Assembly (NCBI GenBank): GCA_030141605.1
Contig: JAQGDQ010000083.1
Coordinates: forward strand, 1 to 64,000
Reading direction: 5' to 3'
DNA: 64,000 nt
Origin: Tubiluchus corallicola
Lineage: Eukaryota; Animalia; Priapulida
The position numbers and the translations under genes were made by a program. How positions within the stretch are numbered: position 1 is the first letter of the stretch; each line of letters opens with the position of its first letter. The notes beneath the pieces are model-generated. The model did not search any database, had not been told where the DNA came from, and saw only the letters and a program-made list of their open reading frames with translations. Below are positions 12,701 through 27,600 of this stretch, one piece after another.

Positions 12701-15700
12701 ATCCGGTGCTCTTGCCTCCAACATCTCCCTGAAAATAAATGTATCTTTATTGCTTCATCATGAATGACAGAATTAGCTTGTTGCTCACAGTGTGTCATTA
12801 GCTGCAAAATTAAGCAACATGGGACCTGCTCACTAAATGAATTGATAGTCATTTAAAAAACTGGTTGCCGGTTGCCCCCACTCACTATTAACCTGAGTGA
12901 CAAAGAACGTACAATGTATATGCATTCGAACATGGTGATGATACTTTTATTCATTAGTATTGAAGATACTAATCTTTGCAACTGTCGTATATGTTAAGTA
13001 TATTAAGCATTATACAGACAATGGCATGTTTGTGGCATTGTAAAAGGGCAATGGTTCAGTGTTCGACAAAGCTAAGCAAGTTACTGATAGCCAAGGCATA
13101 GTACTTTCATGTTTTTTTTCGTTTGAATAGATGGCGCTTCCTGCAGGAGTAACTATTTCTCAAAAATAGACCTCTTTTGATGATTTTTGGGTTATAACTC
13201 AGGAGGGTCACAGGGTCACAACCTGAGGTGGCCCTCTACCCTAACTACAAGCATACTAAATTTGGTGGACTAGCTATGTATATTTTTAAGTTATTCCAAA
13301 AAGGTGCATATCTCGGAAACTAAACATCTCAGAATGAAAATAACAGCAGATTCTGAATGTTAAATTTTCGATTGGACTCGCGATTTTGGCACAGTGCATC
13401 AGATTCATCATTTCAGTGCAAATCCAGTGATATATGGCACGCTCTGTAGGATTTATATCTTCCGTTCACAAAGCATTTAAAGCGTCAAGTCTTCATTGTT
13501 AATCATTATTAACCTAACGAAGTGGACTGGCAAAAAAGTGGACCGGCAAAAAAGAAGACTGGCAAAAAAGAAAACTGGCAAAAAAGTAGAATGGCGAAAA
13601 AGTAGACTGGCGAAAAAGAAGACTGGCGAAAAAGAAAATCGGCGAAAAAGAAAACCGGCAAAAAGAAGACTGGCGAAAAAGTGGACCGGGGAAAAAGTGG
13701 ACCGGGGAAAAAGTGGACCGGCAAAAAAGTGGACCGGCGAAAAAGAAAACTGGCGAAAAAGTAGACTGGCGAAAAAGTAGACTGGCAAAAAATAGACTGG
13801 CGAAAAAGAAGACTGGCGAAAAAGAAGACTGGCGAAAAAGAAAACTGGCAAAAAAGAAGACTGGCAAAAAAGTGGACCGGCGAAAAAGAAAACTGGCGAA
13901 AAAGTAGACTGGCGAAAAAGTAGACTGGCAAAAAATAGACTGGCGAAAAAGAAGACTGGCGAAAAAGAAGACTGGCGAAAAAGAAAACTGGCAAAAAAGA
14001 AGACTGGCGAAAAAGTGGAATGGCGAAAAATAAAACTGGCAAAAAATAGACTAGCAAAAAAGAAGACTGGCGAAAAAGTGGAGAGGTGAAAAAGTGGAAT
14101 GGCGAAAAAGAAAACTGGCAAAAAATAGACTAGCGAAAAAGTAGACTGGCAAAAAAGTAGACTAGCAAAAAAGTAGACTGGTGAAAAAGTAGACTGGCAA
14201 AAAGATAACTGGCAAAGTGGGGGATTACCTTTCTGGACACTGTACAATACAACCACAAGCAGCACAGCAAAGATTACAAAAGAAGTAGACTAAAAATAAC
14301 ACATTTTAGCACAATGCTAAGAGCACCAGACATGCAGCAAACATGTACTTGCTACTCACATAACTTTTTCCTTTTACCTGAAGGTAAAACACACACACAC
14401 ATGAAGCCTTATACTTACAACAATAATAACATCAATGACTAATGAATGAAGAATGAGACAATGAAAAATTTTCATCCAATCAGAATTTGAACCCAACAAT
14501 GGACTGAAACATAGTGTATTTTAAATTCTTTTTCATGTAAGTAGAGCTCCTGCCAAAAGTTAAAAAGTAGACTGTCTTCAGCTTTTGTTAATTGATTTCT
14601 ACACATAACTGTACATATCCCATAATTCAATGGGGAGTGTGATGTATTAGCAACTTAATAGACCAAATTTGAAGTTAAATAAGTAAAACAGGACTTTATA
14701 GCAAACAAATAAACAAACATACACAAACACACTTCATAGAAATAGAGATTAATTGCAGATTTGTACAATTTGCAGCAATTTTATAGTATGTATAATAACA
14801 TGAAAGCTAATGAAAAGTGCAAAACGAATGACACACGACAAACCAAATAAAAAATTATCAACATGCACACCTGGACACAGAATCTTGAAGACACACAATC
14901 ATTTGTTGTATAACAGGAGCATACTCCACATCAACAATAGGTAAATCTCCAACAAGTACCTGTATTATAAAAAACATTCACATAAGATTCTACAGTGTAT
15001 TAAAGTTCGGACCAAAATACTTTTTACAAAGAAGAATTTAGATGACTTGACTGTTGCAAGAATGTTGATATTTTGTCGCACTGCTTTTGAGAGTAATGAA
15101 GCATTCATACTAACAAATTTTCTCGCCAAGTAACTCGCAAGCACGTTCAGACTAAAGAACAAAATTCTCCAACATGAAGTAAGCACCAGCTGATACTCCT
15201 CCTCTATTCACTGGGAGCCGTGTCAAGAGTAACTCGCTGAGACTGTTCACACTAAACAGGAAATCATTTCGTAGCAACTGTCTGAAAGTGTGCAATGACT
15301 TGTCGATAGTAACTCGCAAAGCAGTTCACACTTGCAAGTTTGGTGTTAGAGAAAAACTCCCAACAGAAAACTCGCTAGTCTGAATGCACCCTTAGTTTTA
15401 TCATAGCGGCATTGTCTCGTATCTTTAATCTGTGGATTTCTAAATTTAATGCACAGAATGTCAGGTTAGTAATTGTGATAGTTGTTTGCTAAACTTCAAC
15501 TAGTCCTATTGTAGGAGTGCTATGCAATCTAGAATCACCGAAAAGAGTGATATGATATATTTTACTATATTATGTAACAGTGCGTGTGTGTGGGTGTGTG
15601 TGTGCGCGTGCGTGCATGCACGTGTGTGTAACAGCCAGTAAAAAGAAACATTAAAGTAACAGCAAGTGCTTCACTGCCACCATTACTGTAACCCCCCACC

Positions 15701-18700
15701 CCCCCACCCCCATCCCACCTTTGAATAGTTTCCATGTTCCTCTCATGCTGTCTCCCCTCTTCAGGCAAATTCGAAAACTGAATAGGATTAATTAAAACAC
15801 CAAAAAATTGTCATAAAAGGCAAGAAAGCCCTTTACTTACATAAAGCTAGAAAATGTGTCTTTTCTATTTACATGAGTATTGCAGGCAAGAAAGCGTAAT
15901 ACTAAGTAATACAAGTAAGATAATACTAAGTAATATGCCTTCAAAAAAGTCTGTGCAAAGATGCAATTTAGCTATTGGCCAAAAAAAAACAGCCCATATG
16001 ATACATTTGAAAAACATGGCCAGCACACACAGTTAAAACAAGTAACGCCGGAAATTTCCTAAAATACATAAATATACCAAGGCGTCAGAATGTCTTCCAA
16101 ACTGTCAACCACCTACCTGCTAAAAGCTTCAATGATAAAATTACTTACAACAAAAACCCAGGCAAACTTGTTTTACAGGTCATTCAAAACAGTAGGTACC
16201 TTTAAAAGATCTTTAACATTTTCCTTGTTAACACTAATAGTTGGATTAGCAGGAAAATCTAGCAGAATAAAATTGTCCTCTTTTTTTCTGGCAACAAGTG
16301 GTCCACTTAGCGTATCAAATGTAATCTCTGTAAATTCGTTACCTGTAATAATTTACATAGCTGTAGATATATTCACTAGCTGCCTTTTAATTTCAGACCC
16401 CCCTATCATAATGATTATCAATTTCACAAATATTTAGAGCCTAATCGTAGCATTAGTGGATTAGCAATACAATCAAATATTGCAATGCCTAATTGTAATT
16501 TCATTATTGGAATAGAATATGGTTTAGAATATGGTTAACAGGCACTATTTTCCTTTTCCAATTTTTTAAAGTGCAGATGAAAAGAAGGGAAAGCTGACAG
16601 TCTCCTAAGAAAATGCCAAATATGATGAGAACTGAAAACAGCGGAATGCTTTAAGTCCTAAAATGCAAAAAAGGCACACAATCTAAAAAAACAATAGAAG
16701 AAAAAAAGCAAAACTGCATGGAAGCTTATTTGAAGTAAACGCATTAGCACACAAATAAATTCACAGTGAATTCGTTTGGTATTAGGTTGGCAAATAAAAA
16801 CTCCCTGATTTTCAAGACAACGTGAAAAATACTTAAGGGATCGACATAGAAGCCAGAGCCATACCGCTTCAGCTCAGCTCCAGTCGGTTTATTTCTACAG
16901 GCGACCTAGCAGATAAGAAACCCAGCTTTAGTCGTGCCAGCCGCTCGGTGACGGAAGTCGAGGTAGCTGACATTTTTGCCAGCTGTGAAGATTTTTGCTC
17001 TTGCGAACAAGTCACTGGCATAGCAGTGTCCAGTTTTTTTGCTAGATTACTGCTGTGTTTACCTGTTTTGAGGGCAGATTTCTTTTATTTTAGAGTTCTG
17101 CCTGCCCAATGTCTACAATTGACATAACGGGCTTATGATGATGATGAAATCACTGGTCGCAATGCGGTCATATTGTACGTGTGCTGGCAGAGATACTAAA
17201 CTTCAGAAATATTTGAATGAGAAAGCAGTCAATTCAAAATTAAATAAAATGCACAAATAGGCAACATTAGCCACACGTATTGGATCATTTTGGTATTTTA
17301 GTATTGATTTGTTGGTAATCCAGATAAGCCTTGCCAAGGGTTGGATTTAAATTATATTTGCAATAAATCCATTGCTAGAGTTGCCAGATTATAAGCCAGG
17401 AGATTTTTTTTAACATTGTGAGTACATAAAATATGAGAGATATAGAGAGATATATGGCATATAAAGGGGTGTGCTGTCGAATCACTTAAGCCAGTTCACA
17501 AATAAAACTATTCAAACTAACGCTAAATTGTTGCTGCAGGACATAAGAATCAAAATCTGTCATTCTTAATGGTGAACTCCAGCTGGCTGATTTACTGTGA
17601 GTGTCAGCTGATGTAGTAGCACTGACTCAGGTTCAGCTTCTAGATTTACATTTCTGTCCTGCTTAGCAAACTTACCAACACAAGAGAAAAGCACCGTGGC
17701 AGCAGCAAGAGTGGCATGACCACACAGTTGGATTTCACAGGCAGGGGTAAACCATCGCAGGCCAAACCGGGAAGAATTCTTGAACGAATCGTTTTCTGTT
17801 GGCAGTGCAATGAAACAGGTTTCCGACAAGTTCATTTCGAAAGCAATTTTTTGCATTTTTGCATCGTCGATTACCTAAAATAGAATAACCGAATGACTAT
17901 ATACATCACAATGTCTACAGCCATTTAATAATATAACCCAAGAAATGCAGATTACACCACAATTCAACTAATAAAAACAACACAGCCTTCGGACTGTTTG
18001 GAATAGATTTTGAACATATAACATATCTCCTGTTTTGTACAGTTCAAATAATACTCAGAATATCTATTCGAATTGCAGAAAGAAACTACAAAGCCTCCGT
18101 AGAAACGGAAACAACAACAACAACAACAACAAAATGCATTTTCTGCATTGATACTCATTGTAATTGTCACTTAAAATTATACTAAATCTTCATGAAAAAC
18201 ACCTACTATTATAATAGATCCAAATACAAACATAACTTAAAGGCACAGTCACCATTATCCTGACATTATTATGACTGATGTTATAAGTTTAATTGATTAC
18301 AAATTGATTTCAGCTGTGACTAAATGGACACTTTTGTTTTCAACTAACTTGTTAAATTTGTTTCAATATTTCTAAAAATAAACCAGTGATTTTTATTATG
18401 CAAGCCTGCGATTTAAATATTATAATATAATGATTTATTTATTGTAACACAGTTAATTCATTGAGTTAATCACATAAATAAATAACAAAAACATTATCAG
18501 TTAGTAGTTAAAAACTCATATCTTTACATAAATAAGAGTGCGATTAAGACACATACATTGACTGAGTTTGTGCTACAGGACCACAAGTTATTTGCAGTGA
18601 AGAACAGTGCAATAAAAATAGCTGAAAACAAATTAAGACGAAAAGTTTGTTAATGACAGATCATCATTAATTTACCTGATTGTGTGACACTAGACATACA

Positions 18701-18786
18701 GCAGCAGCATTTCCAGCAAATGCCTGGCTTGTGAAAGCATCCACCACATATAAAGGCAAAGTGCATCCCTTATTTAAACTTGTCAT
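9738..18786 (-). CDS. PBLD: PBLD/PhzF-family protein, tandem copy 2 (complete, 7 coding exons, 296 aa)
   Basis: Exons 18786-18676, 17874-17676, 16342-16200, 14959-14871, 12728-12556, 11376-11314, 9850-9738 (111+199+143+89+173+63+113 = 891 nt, open, ends TAG). C-terminal motifs YDFYSRCFFPWDGLLEDPVCGSAH...YW...LGK...ARQCSKRGG...RVEIGG match the PBLD family. Confidence 0.93.
13510..14229. repeat. 16-17 bp tandem satellite (consensus ~CTGGCGAAAAAG(T)AGA), ~700 bp, in intron 4 of PBLD copy 2
   Basis: Direct reading of roughly 40 variant units between taacctaac (13510) and gggattacc (14229); explains the low-complexity ORFs at 13477-14265. Confidence 0.95.
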
Positions 18787-21700
18787 CTTGGTCTGTTGAG
18801 TAGAAACTAATGGCAAATATGCAGCTACAAATTTTGAATATAGTATGATGTCTGTATCAAATTGCCTAATGTACATGTTAGATCATAAATCTGTACCAAA
18901 AACCTAAATACGTCAGCCTAGTTGACAGCCTCTTGGTTTTTTGTCGTTTCAAGAGCTTTATGCAATACCATAGGAAGAGGAGGTAATCTTACTGTTAGTG
19001 TGTGCCCAATCCAAAGCAATTTTCTTACTTGTATTTGTCTACTACCAGGAATCTTCTTGACTGCATTATACAGATCATCATTGGATATTCTATCAGGCGA
19101 TTTAATTGCGAGTAATTTCCTATAGAGACGTCTTCGAAAAGCATCAACTGTCCTTCTGTTGCTTAACTTTTATTGTCCATAGCTCAGCAGTGTACAAAAA
19201 CACAGATTCAACTAAAGTTGAAAGAATCCGGACTCTGGTTTCAAGAGAAAGTCTATTGTTATCAAAAATCATTGAGATATGTGAATAAGCAGACAATTTA
19301 AGAATTTTCCTTCTTTGTATGTGGGCATCGGTGTCTTACAAGTTACCAAGTTATTTACATCTTTTCCACGAATCATTACCGCATCTTCAATTTCAATTTT
19401 GTTCTATTGCACAAATACAATAGCGTATCATGGCAAAAAATTACAATTGCAAAAAAGTCAAAGTACAAGAAACACGAAAAACAACAAATACAGATGCAAT
19501 TATGCAACATTGCAAAACCACGAGTTTGTACAACTTACTTAAATCTAATAAGAAATTATGTGCTCTTACGAAATAAAACTTTATGCTACAACTACAAAGT
19601 AGTAGTAAAAACACAAAACCTAAATAATTAATATAATCACAAACGAGATTAAATTACACAATCACAGCACAAGGTTTATCCAGCACTCACAGATTACCAC
19701 CAAGATATAACTGCCTTTTTTATCACATTCATTTAAGCAGTTTCCAAAGTGAATAAGGTCTTCTGGGTTTGCAATTAGAAAAAAACCACATTACTGAGTA
19801 TATGTTACCTTTTTGCAAAGATATATTTATGCTCATATTTTTGTCTAATATCTTTATACAAAAGACAAGTAAAAAGGTAATATAATTTGTTTTCTACTAA
19901 TTTTGAGCTATTGTTGTGACAGTATTGACAAAGCCTTTCATGCCCTTTTTTATTTTGATATCTAAATCGTTCTATTTCCAGGTCATATTCGCTGTTATGT
20001 AATTTCGTAATCATTTGTCGCTGTTTCTCATTAGAAATAATTTTGAAATAATCTTCTAATTCATTATTGATTTTTACATATCTATAAAATCTTAGTTTGT
20101 TTTTGCCATCACTGTGTCTAGGATCATTATGTAGCTTTGTAAAAAATAGTTTTCTGTACATTGATTTAAGTTTATTACAAAATTCTTTTAATATGCAATT
20201 CAGATGCATTTTATCAATTTCATCTACACCACATGTTTGAAATCCTGGAAAATTTGCCCATTTTTGTACAAAGCTGTTTCACTTCTTCATGAGACTGGTA
20301 ACTATACACATTTTTAAATAATGTATTCCTTGACTTTATCTGTGTCATTAAAAGATATTTAGGAAGAATTGTTGATGTTTAAATTAGCAGTGGGTATAAC
20401 GTATTCTTTGGTCTTTGTATTGTTCACTTTAAGATTATATTTTTCTATACGACGACTGTTGTACATTTTACATCTTGCAGTTCCTCAACTTCCTCTATGT
20501 CATGTCGCGGCAGTTGCGGTTCTCCAGTAAGCACATGTTGTTTCGTTGTTTCCTCGGTGTTAACTCTATCTGGTTAGATAGGCACAAAGGAATGTTACCG
20601 CGCAAGACACAAGTAACGTAATCAGCATTGATGCTAATCAACCATTTATGACTATTATTATTGTAGCTAAATTTCCAGCACGACACCTCTTCTTTTTCTT
20701 GTTTCCATTGCTATTTGAACAAATTCCACCTACTGCTTTGCTATTTGTGCATCTTCTGACTCAATCAGACTTTGGAAATTTACTTCTGTAGTTGGTAGCA
20801 CATTTCTTATAACAATCTAAATAGATCCTGTCTTTACCATATAGCGGACACCATATATCTCCTTTAAACTTACTTCTATAATTACATTTTAGTGGTAGCA
20901 TATTAAGCTTTATCTCTAAAACCCTTTTTGTCTGTTCTAGTGTTAACTCAGTTATATACTGCTTGGGTTTATCGTGCTCAGCTCATAAGATAAAAACCTT
21001 AACTTAGTTCTTGAGTATATCTGGTGATGTGCAGTAATTTTAATAATTTTTTTACGTTTTCTTTTACATGTTTCTTCCAGGTTAACTTTTTAAGAGTCTT
21101 AATATGCCCAAAGTGTATACCTACAGTATATACTTATGTACACTGTTCTATTAGCATACCCCTATAACTAGTTGACACCTTCTGTGATAAATTACTAGTT
21201 TTTGTAACATATCCTTCTGAATTTCTTCCATCCTACCCATTTCTACTTTTGTTACTTCACTCCATGTTTCTGTATTATAAATCACTAGTATCATAACTGA
21301 CTGTAAGAGGTTCAGCCTTATCTGTATTGCAAACCTACCAATTTTGTTTATATCACTCAAATTTAAAATATCCCTCACGATGCATCCCACTTTTTCACAC
21401 ATCCCACAACGGGATATCTTCAACAGGAAAACCGATCGTTTGGCAACGCGTTGACAGCGTATTTACGACGACTCTCATATCAGACACCTAGGGCTAGGCT
21501 TGGTTAAGCTCATTTTGCTAGTAATTTAGTATTAACAATGTTAATTTTTTTAACGATAAATTGCTGCCATGATCATTTATTAATTTTAGCAAGACTTAAA
21601 TAATTGCTTGCATAGTAGGTGAGCATTTCTCTTATTTGTCAATAAGAAATTTTTTTAAAGCAGCCTAACACGAAAAAACTTTACCATAAATATGTATTAC

Positions 21701-23761
21701 GCACATAAACTGACACCTAAAATGAGATTAAATAAAGTAGAATGTTAACAAACTACCACTTCTTCTGTAAAAAAACAAAACAAATTGCATAACTTTATAA
21801 CAAAAATCACAACAAATTACGCAAAATAACATCAGCTAACAACAAAAAGAGGCTGTGATTAAGTAAAGTGCATGAAGGAAACAGTGAAAGTGCATTTGAT
21901 AAGTCACATCAACTGAGACAGCAACAAGATTTATCAACTTTTTGACTTTTTCCAATTTTTATTTATTATACAATGAGTAGCATCACCTGCACTTAGTATG
22001 ATATCTTATGAGTTCACTTCTTCATTTCTACACATTTTGGTACTCTGTCAACTGGTAATAGTAAATCATTTTATCGTACAGTTATTGTAAGCTATTGTAT
22101 AGAAAACTCTCACACGTAGCTGTTCTTACTGTTGAGACAGACCTCATGCAACAATTTAAGTGTTCTTAGAGATTGTGTACATGCGAGTTTGATGTGACAA
22201 AAGAAACAAGCAAGATTCTAACATATTATTGGCTGCATATTGTTTCCAAATTAAAGTTTTTATTAAATAAAATATGCAGTAATATAACTTTTGATCACTG
22301 ACTTCCAGAAATCTTAAGTGTGGCAATGAGCTATTCTGATAAATTTATATTGCTTCATGATATCTAACATATACAACATTAGAATTGTACTATAAAATGC
22401 CCCCTTATTCTTGCCAGGAATTTAAACATATAAGGAACTGCATTTTCTGCTTTGAGTTCATTTATTGTAACACAGAAACATAGTTAAAGTTTAAATAAAC
22501 AAGAATAATCTCATTAAACAAACAAAAATAATTTCATTTTAATTATTCAATCCACGATTTATACAGCTATAAATATAACTGTAATCAAAAAGTATAGCTT
22601 AGCGCATCTGTAACTTCGTAATCTGCTTTAAGCAGAAACCTGTTAACTTATTTCCTATCCTGTTTCATCCTGTTTACAAAAAATATAATTTCATCTTAAT
22701 GTGGACTTGGTCGATTTATAAAGCCACAAAAATTACTGTAATCAAATAACACAGCAGTAACTTGATAATCCACTTTAAGCAGAAACATATTAACTTATTT
22801 GGCACAATTTACACAATAATGCTGTATTTTCATTCAAATATAGAAATTGCATGGCGCATATAACCGCCATTATTATAGTCCTAAGCCGCTTTAACCGAGA
22901 ACAAGTTAATTTATTTGGCACAATTGATAAAATATCACTCAATCCTCTACCCTAATAAAGCAACAATGTGGCACATTTAAATTCTAAAATATAAAACCTA
23001 CAATAATTAACTTCAGAAATGGGCAAAAAAGGTAAGGTCAACTTTGGTCCATAAGTAAAACTTCCCAAATGCATAACAATAGTGGTGTAGTCTAGCTGGT
23101 ATATAGAGAAAAGATAGTATACATCAACAACAACAAAAACGTCCATCCCACTTAGTGCATAGAACATAAAATAATATTTCTATTAAAACTGCACATAATC
23201 CTTTGACTAAAATTGTAAAATTATTATAGGGAACAACACTATTTCAGAATTCCACTCAGTTCACTACATGCTAAAAGCTTATTTTAATTTTCCCTTAAAA
23301 GGAGCATTTCTAATTAAAAACACAACAATGATAAAATAATCACTGATCATAAGAGAACATTATACACCATTCTATTTTCCCTTAAAGGAACTCTTTTTTA
23401 TATTAACTACGCACTGCTACAGTTCTACCTTCGTTCTATTTTCTAGCACTTACCTGACATGAAAATGATAAACAGGGTTGCTTTTTATATGATAATTATT
23501 CGAATATACGATAATTTGATGCTTCATACCATACAAAAAAAACAGACTGTACGATAACAGATAATTATACGATAATTTAGACAAAAAACATTACTGCTTA
23601 CCAGGGGAAAGTAAACAAATTTTGACTTCGTTGTAATCCAAACCATGCTGGTCGCAATTAGTGGTCAAAGTTTTCAGAAAAAAGCAGTAATTTCAAAAGA
23701 GACTGGTAGCGACATTCTACTGTGTTTTGATAAACTTAATTTTACACTTGCTAATGGTACT

Positions 23762-24393
23762 TGTTATCTCTCAGGCCAGCTTGGGTACAGTGAAGCCAGG
23801 TGTTTTGATTCTAGAGTGTCATTATTCATTTTGCATTACCTGTAGAGTTTGTTTGACATGCTTGGCCGCTCTTGTATGAGTGGTTAGATAGCCTTAGAAT
23901 AGGAAAAAATTGTGTTTTTAGTGGTATAGTAGTTGTGAAGTCAGTATGCCACCGTTGTAGAATCAGTATGTCTCTGTTAATTTCTGAAGACTGGCTTAAA
24001 GTTTTTTCTACAGATCCTCAAACGTTTGTAAGTTCTTATGTTTCTTCATTTTTATGCAGAACTTTGCAGTAATTTATTTGTCAGCTTGGTAGTTTCTAAT
24101 AGTGTTACGGTGATGCCTAATTATTGTTTTTTTTTTGCAACTGCATATGCATATGCGTGTTTTTGTGTAGGCGTGCATGCTGATTTGTGATATGTCAGGA
24201 AGTTTATTTATTAGTAAATTCTGCTTCAGTATGCTTGTTAATTTGCTAATGCTTGTTCCTTTATTTATTTTTTGCATGTCTGTTATGGATTTACTTTTGT
24301 TTCATGTTCTTTTTTCTTGTTTCTCTTGCAGTTTCACCTTTTTTACAATGAGTGGAAAATAAAATCTGTAAAACAAATAGCCAGTTTTCTACA
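23762..24393. mobile_element. Solo LTR (632 bp) ~215 bp downstream of the PBLD copy 3 stop codon
   Basis: Begins TGT, ends ACA, flanked by 5-bp TSD GTACT (23757-23761, 24394-24398); the empty site with a single GTACT is at ~9522 downstream of copy 2. Confidence 0.75.
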
Positions 24394-24609
24394 GTACTTT
24401 TTGGTGTTATGGTTACTTATTAAATGCATAATTATACAATAATAATAACAATTTGCTGCAAATACACAGAAATTTTGAATTTTGCATGAAGATGCGATAA
24501 TATGGTGGAAAATACTATAATTTTTAGCTTCCAAAACAATAATCTTTATCAACCAGAATGGCAACACTGTGATAAAGCAATCAGATAAAGTACGATTCCA
24601 TGATTTAGA

Positions 24610-27600
24610 CTATAAATAGATCTTTCCTTCTATAACGACTACAGACTTGCCTCCAATCTCGACTCTCTTGTCTTCTCGTACATTCACGTAGACATCTCCT
24701 CCTCTTTTTGAGCACTGACGAGCTACAAAAACGCACAAAGCACATGACAAAATAACAACTTTGCAACTTTATTTTGATATTGTTCATAAGAAAAAAAGAT
24801 ATGATTTCAACAAGCCAAATAAAAATCAATCATGCACCCACCTATTCATTCATTCATTCAATCAATCAATCATTACATTCATTCACGAAAATTTGTTAGG
24901 CCTATATATTTACTTACTTGTTTAAGTTTTATATTTATTTGCAAATGAGGCAATATGGTGATATGAAACTGCACATGAAACTGAATTTAGATCAATAAAT
25001 GAACCTCCAAAGCAAAATTATAGTGTCATGCAAGTAAAACAGCTTCAGCCCCTAAATTCAGCCCGAAAATCAACTTGTGCAAGTCACAATTAAAAATATA
25101 TTTGTTTTGGTATACATTTATCAAAAGTAAAATACATGCAAAAACCAAAAGCCTTAAAATCACGTAGAATTGTGTACAAGAATAATAATCCCTTTACAGA
25201 TCATTTTTATATATCTATCAAGAATGTTTAGAACATATATATATATATATATATATATATAGGTCCATCATCTCTAAAATAAGTGGGAGAGTGTGCATAT
25301 GCATTAAAACCTCCAAAACTATCAAATCTTTAAGCTTTTTGCTGAAAATTGTCTTAAAATCTCTAAATCTCTTGTTTTTTAATTACTAACAAAAATTATT
25401 TTTCATTGTATTAATTATTTATACTAAAACTACATTGCTGTATAAAAAATTTTATACGAACAAAAGATTATTATTAATAATAATAAAAATGTGCAAAAAC
25501 AGCAAATTTCAAATGATGCAGAATTCACAGTCGAAGACATATATGTACGTAGCAGATGTGCTATGTAGCCAAGGAAATAAGGTCAAACTCAGTTTACACA
25601 TATTCCTGGAGCTGTGCTGGGCCCTGCTAGCTGTCTAAACGTACTAAACTAAGCGATAATACACTTCGCCAGAGTTTAAATGGAGCGCTAGATACTAATG
25701 ATAAATATGTACATCAAATAGGCATAAGCCAATACAAAAAATAGACATAATAGTACATCATGGAGGCGGTAAAAGGGTTAAGCAAGATACTGTTCCGGTA
25801 ACATATGCTGCACAAGTCTATGTGATATGGTATTGCAGGGCAGTAATTATACTTTGTGACTGGCCACTAAAAATATATATTGTTCAAAATAACAATTATA
25901 TTTTATAGCATTCTGTAATTTTTTGTGAAAAATTATGTAAACTAAGACGCAGTTATTTACAATGGCTGGAAATTTTCATTTTTTAACCTTTCGAGGACTT
26001 TACACACATTAAATTACAGTGTGCTGTACGACATTAAGTAAATCAAACCTATGTCGCTCTTTGTCAGCATGGTAATAATCTTGCACAGAATTTAAATTGA
26101 GATCTACTGACATACTGAAAAACATACAAAATCAGATCATAAACGAATAAGCATCATAAGTTAAATTATAACAAACGTCATAAAACAGCAAATTATCCTA
26201 CCTTGAAAAGTTGATTTTCCCAGCACTTTTTGCCAGTAACAACCAAATATAGTGTGAGCCGACCCTAACATAGTCAGAAATTAGTTGGAGATTACTGGCA
26301 TCAAACATTGCAAACTTTAAACATGCAAATATAATGAATTAAGATAGGCTTTTCATGTTTTTGAAAAAAAAACATTTCATGTTTTTGAAAATCAGGCCTA
26401 CAATGTATACTTTATTCACTGGAACTATTACCACATAAGTCCTTCTGTACTGGATAGAATATTTTGTGGCCAAAATTTCATTATTCTCATAAAAACTGCA
26501 AAGTTAGAAACCACCTCAACAGAAAAACCATAAAACTGGCAACTCCTTCAGTGACATAGTGATTTTCAGTCAGACTTAAGACAGAAAATGCAAGACTAAC
26601 ACAGAACAAAACTAAAACTAATCTTCATCTTAAAACTAGAGGCATGAGCCATGTCGTTTCAGCTGAACTCCAGGCAATTCACTTCTACAGTCGACCTAGC
26701 CGATAAGAAACCCAGCTTTAGTCGCACCAGCCACTCAGAGATGAGTGGAGCCAGCCGACATTTTTGCCGGCTGCGAAGATTTTAGCTCTTGCGAACAAGC
26801 CACTGCCAAAGCAGTGTCTAGTTTTTTGCTAGGTTACTGCTGTGTTTACCTGTCTTGAGGGCAGATTTCTTTTATTTTAGAGTTCTGCCTACCCAATGTC
26901 TACAATTGACATAACAGGCTTGTGATGATGACGAAATCACTGGGTGAAATTTGGCGAATGCACTACGGATTCGTGGTCATACTGTGTGCGTGTGCTGGCA
27001 GAGATACTATCTTTGAAAAATTTTTTAATGAGAAAGCAGTCAATTCAAAATTAAACACAAAAATAGGCAATGTTAGACACACGCATGGGATCATTTTAGT
27101 GTTTTGGTATTGATTTGGGCACTCTTGCAGTTTAGGTGGTTCTCTTCACACCCTACTATCTTCCTACATCAGTCCCACTGCCGACACTCTACCTGTTTTC
27201 CACTCCAAATCTTGCCTCTGTCTTCCACCCCATCGCCAAGCCTCCAAGAATGTAAAGCCGCCAAGAGTGCCAAGAACACCCAGCTGTCCAACCCAACATG
27301 CCATACTGAAAACTTGCCAAAACTAACTGATTGACTAACTGACTAGCTTATATAGCTAACTAACTAATTAACAATCTTCGTATAGCTACCTCTTTTGTAT
27401 GGCATGAAGCCTCAAATTATCGTATGTTCCAATATTAATTATTTTACTGTATAAACCACAACCCTAGTTGTGCTGCATTTCAAAAGAGAAAGAAAAGTTA
27501 CAAAACAACGCCAGTAGAGTACGCCACTTACTGGCAAACACAGACGCAGCAAAATGGTGCACATCAAGAATAATAAACATAATTTCTTTTGTTTAGCTTT

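Larger units (their letters stand above)
1..19600. repeat. Near-identical segmental tandem duplication (1-~5200 vs 14390-~19600; offset 14387-14389)
   Basis: The ORF track repeats identical peptides at a constant offset; by eye only a poly-C length change and a few substitutions in ~5.2 kb. Confidence 0.95.

Noticed and set aside
13477-14265. 262-aa and overlapping F/S/P-rich or K/R-rich ORFs
   Set aside because: Translations of the 16-17 bp satellite; no splice or homology support.
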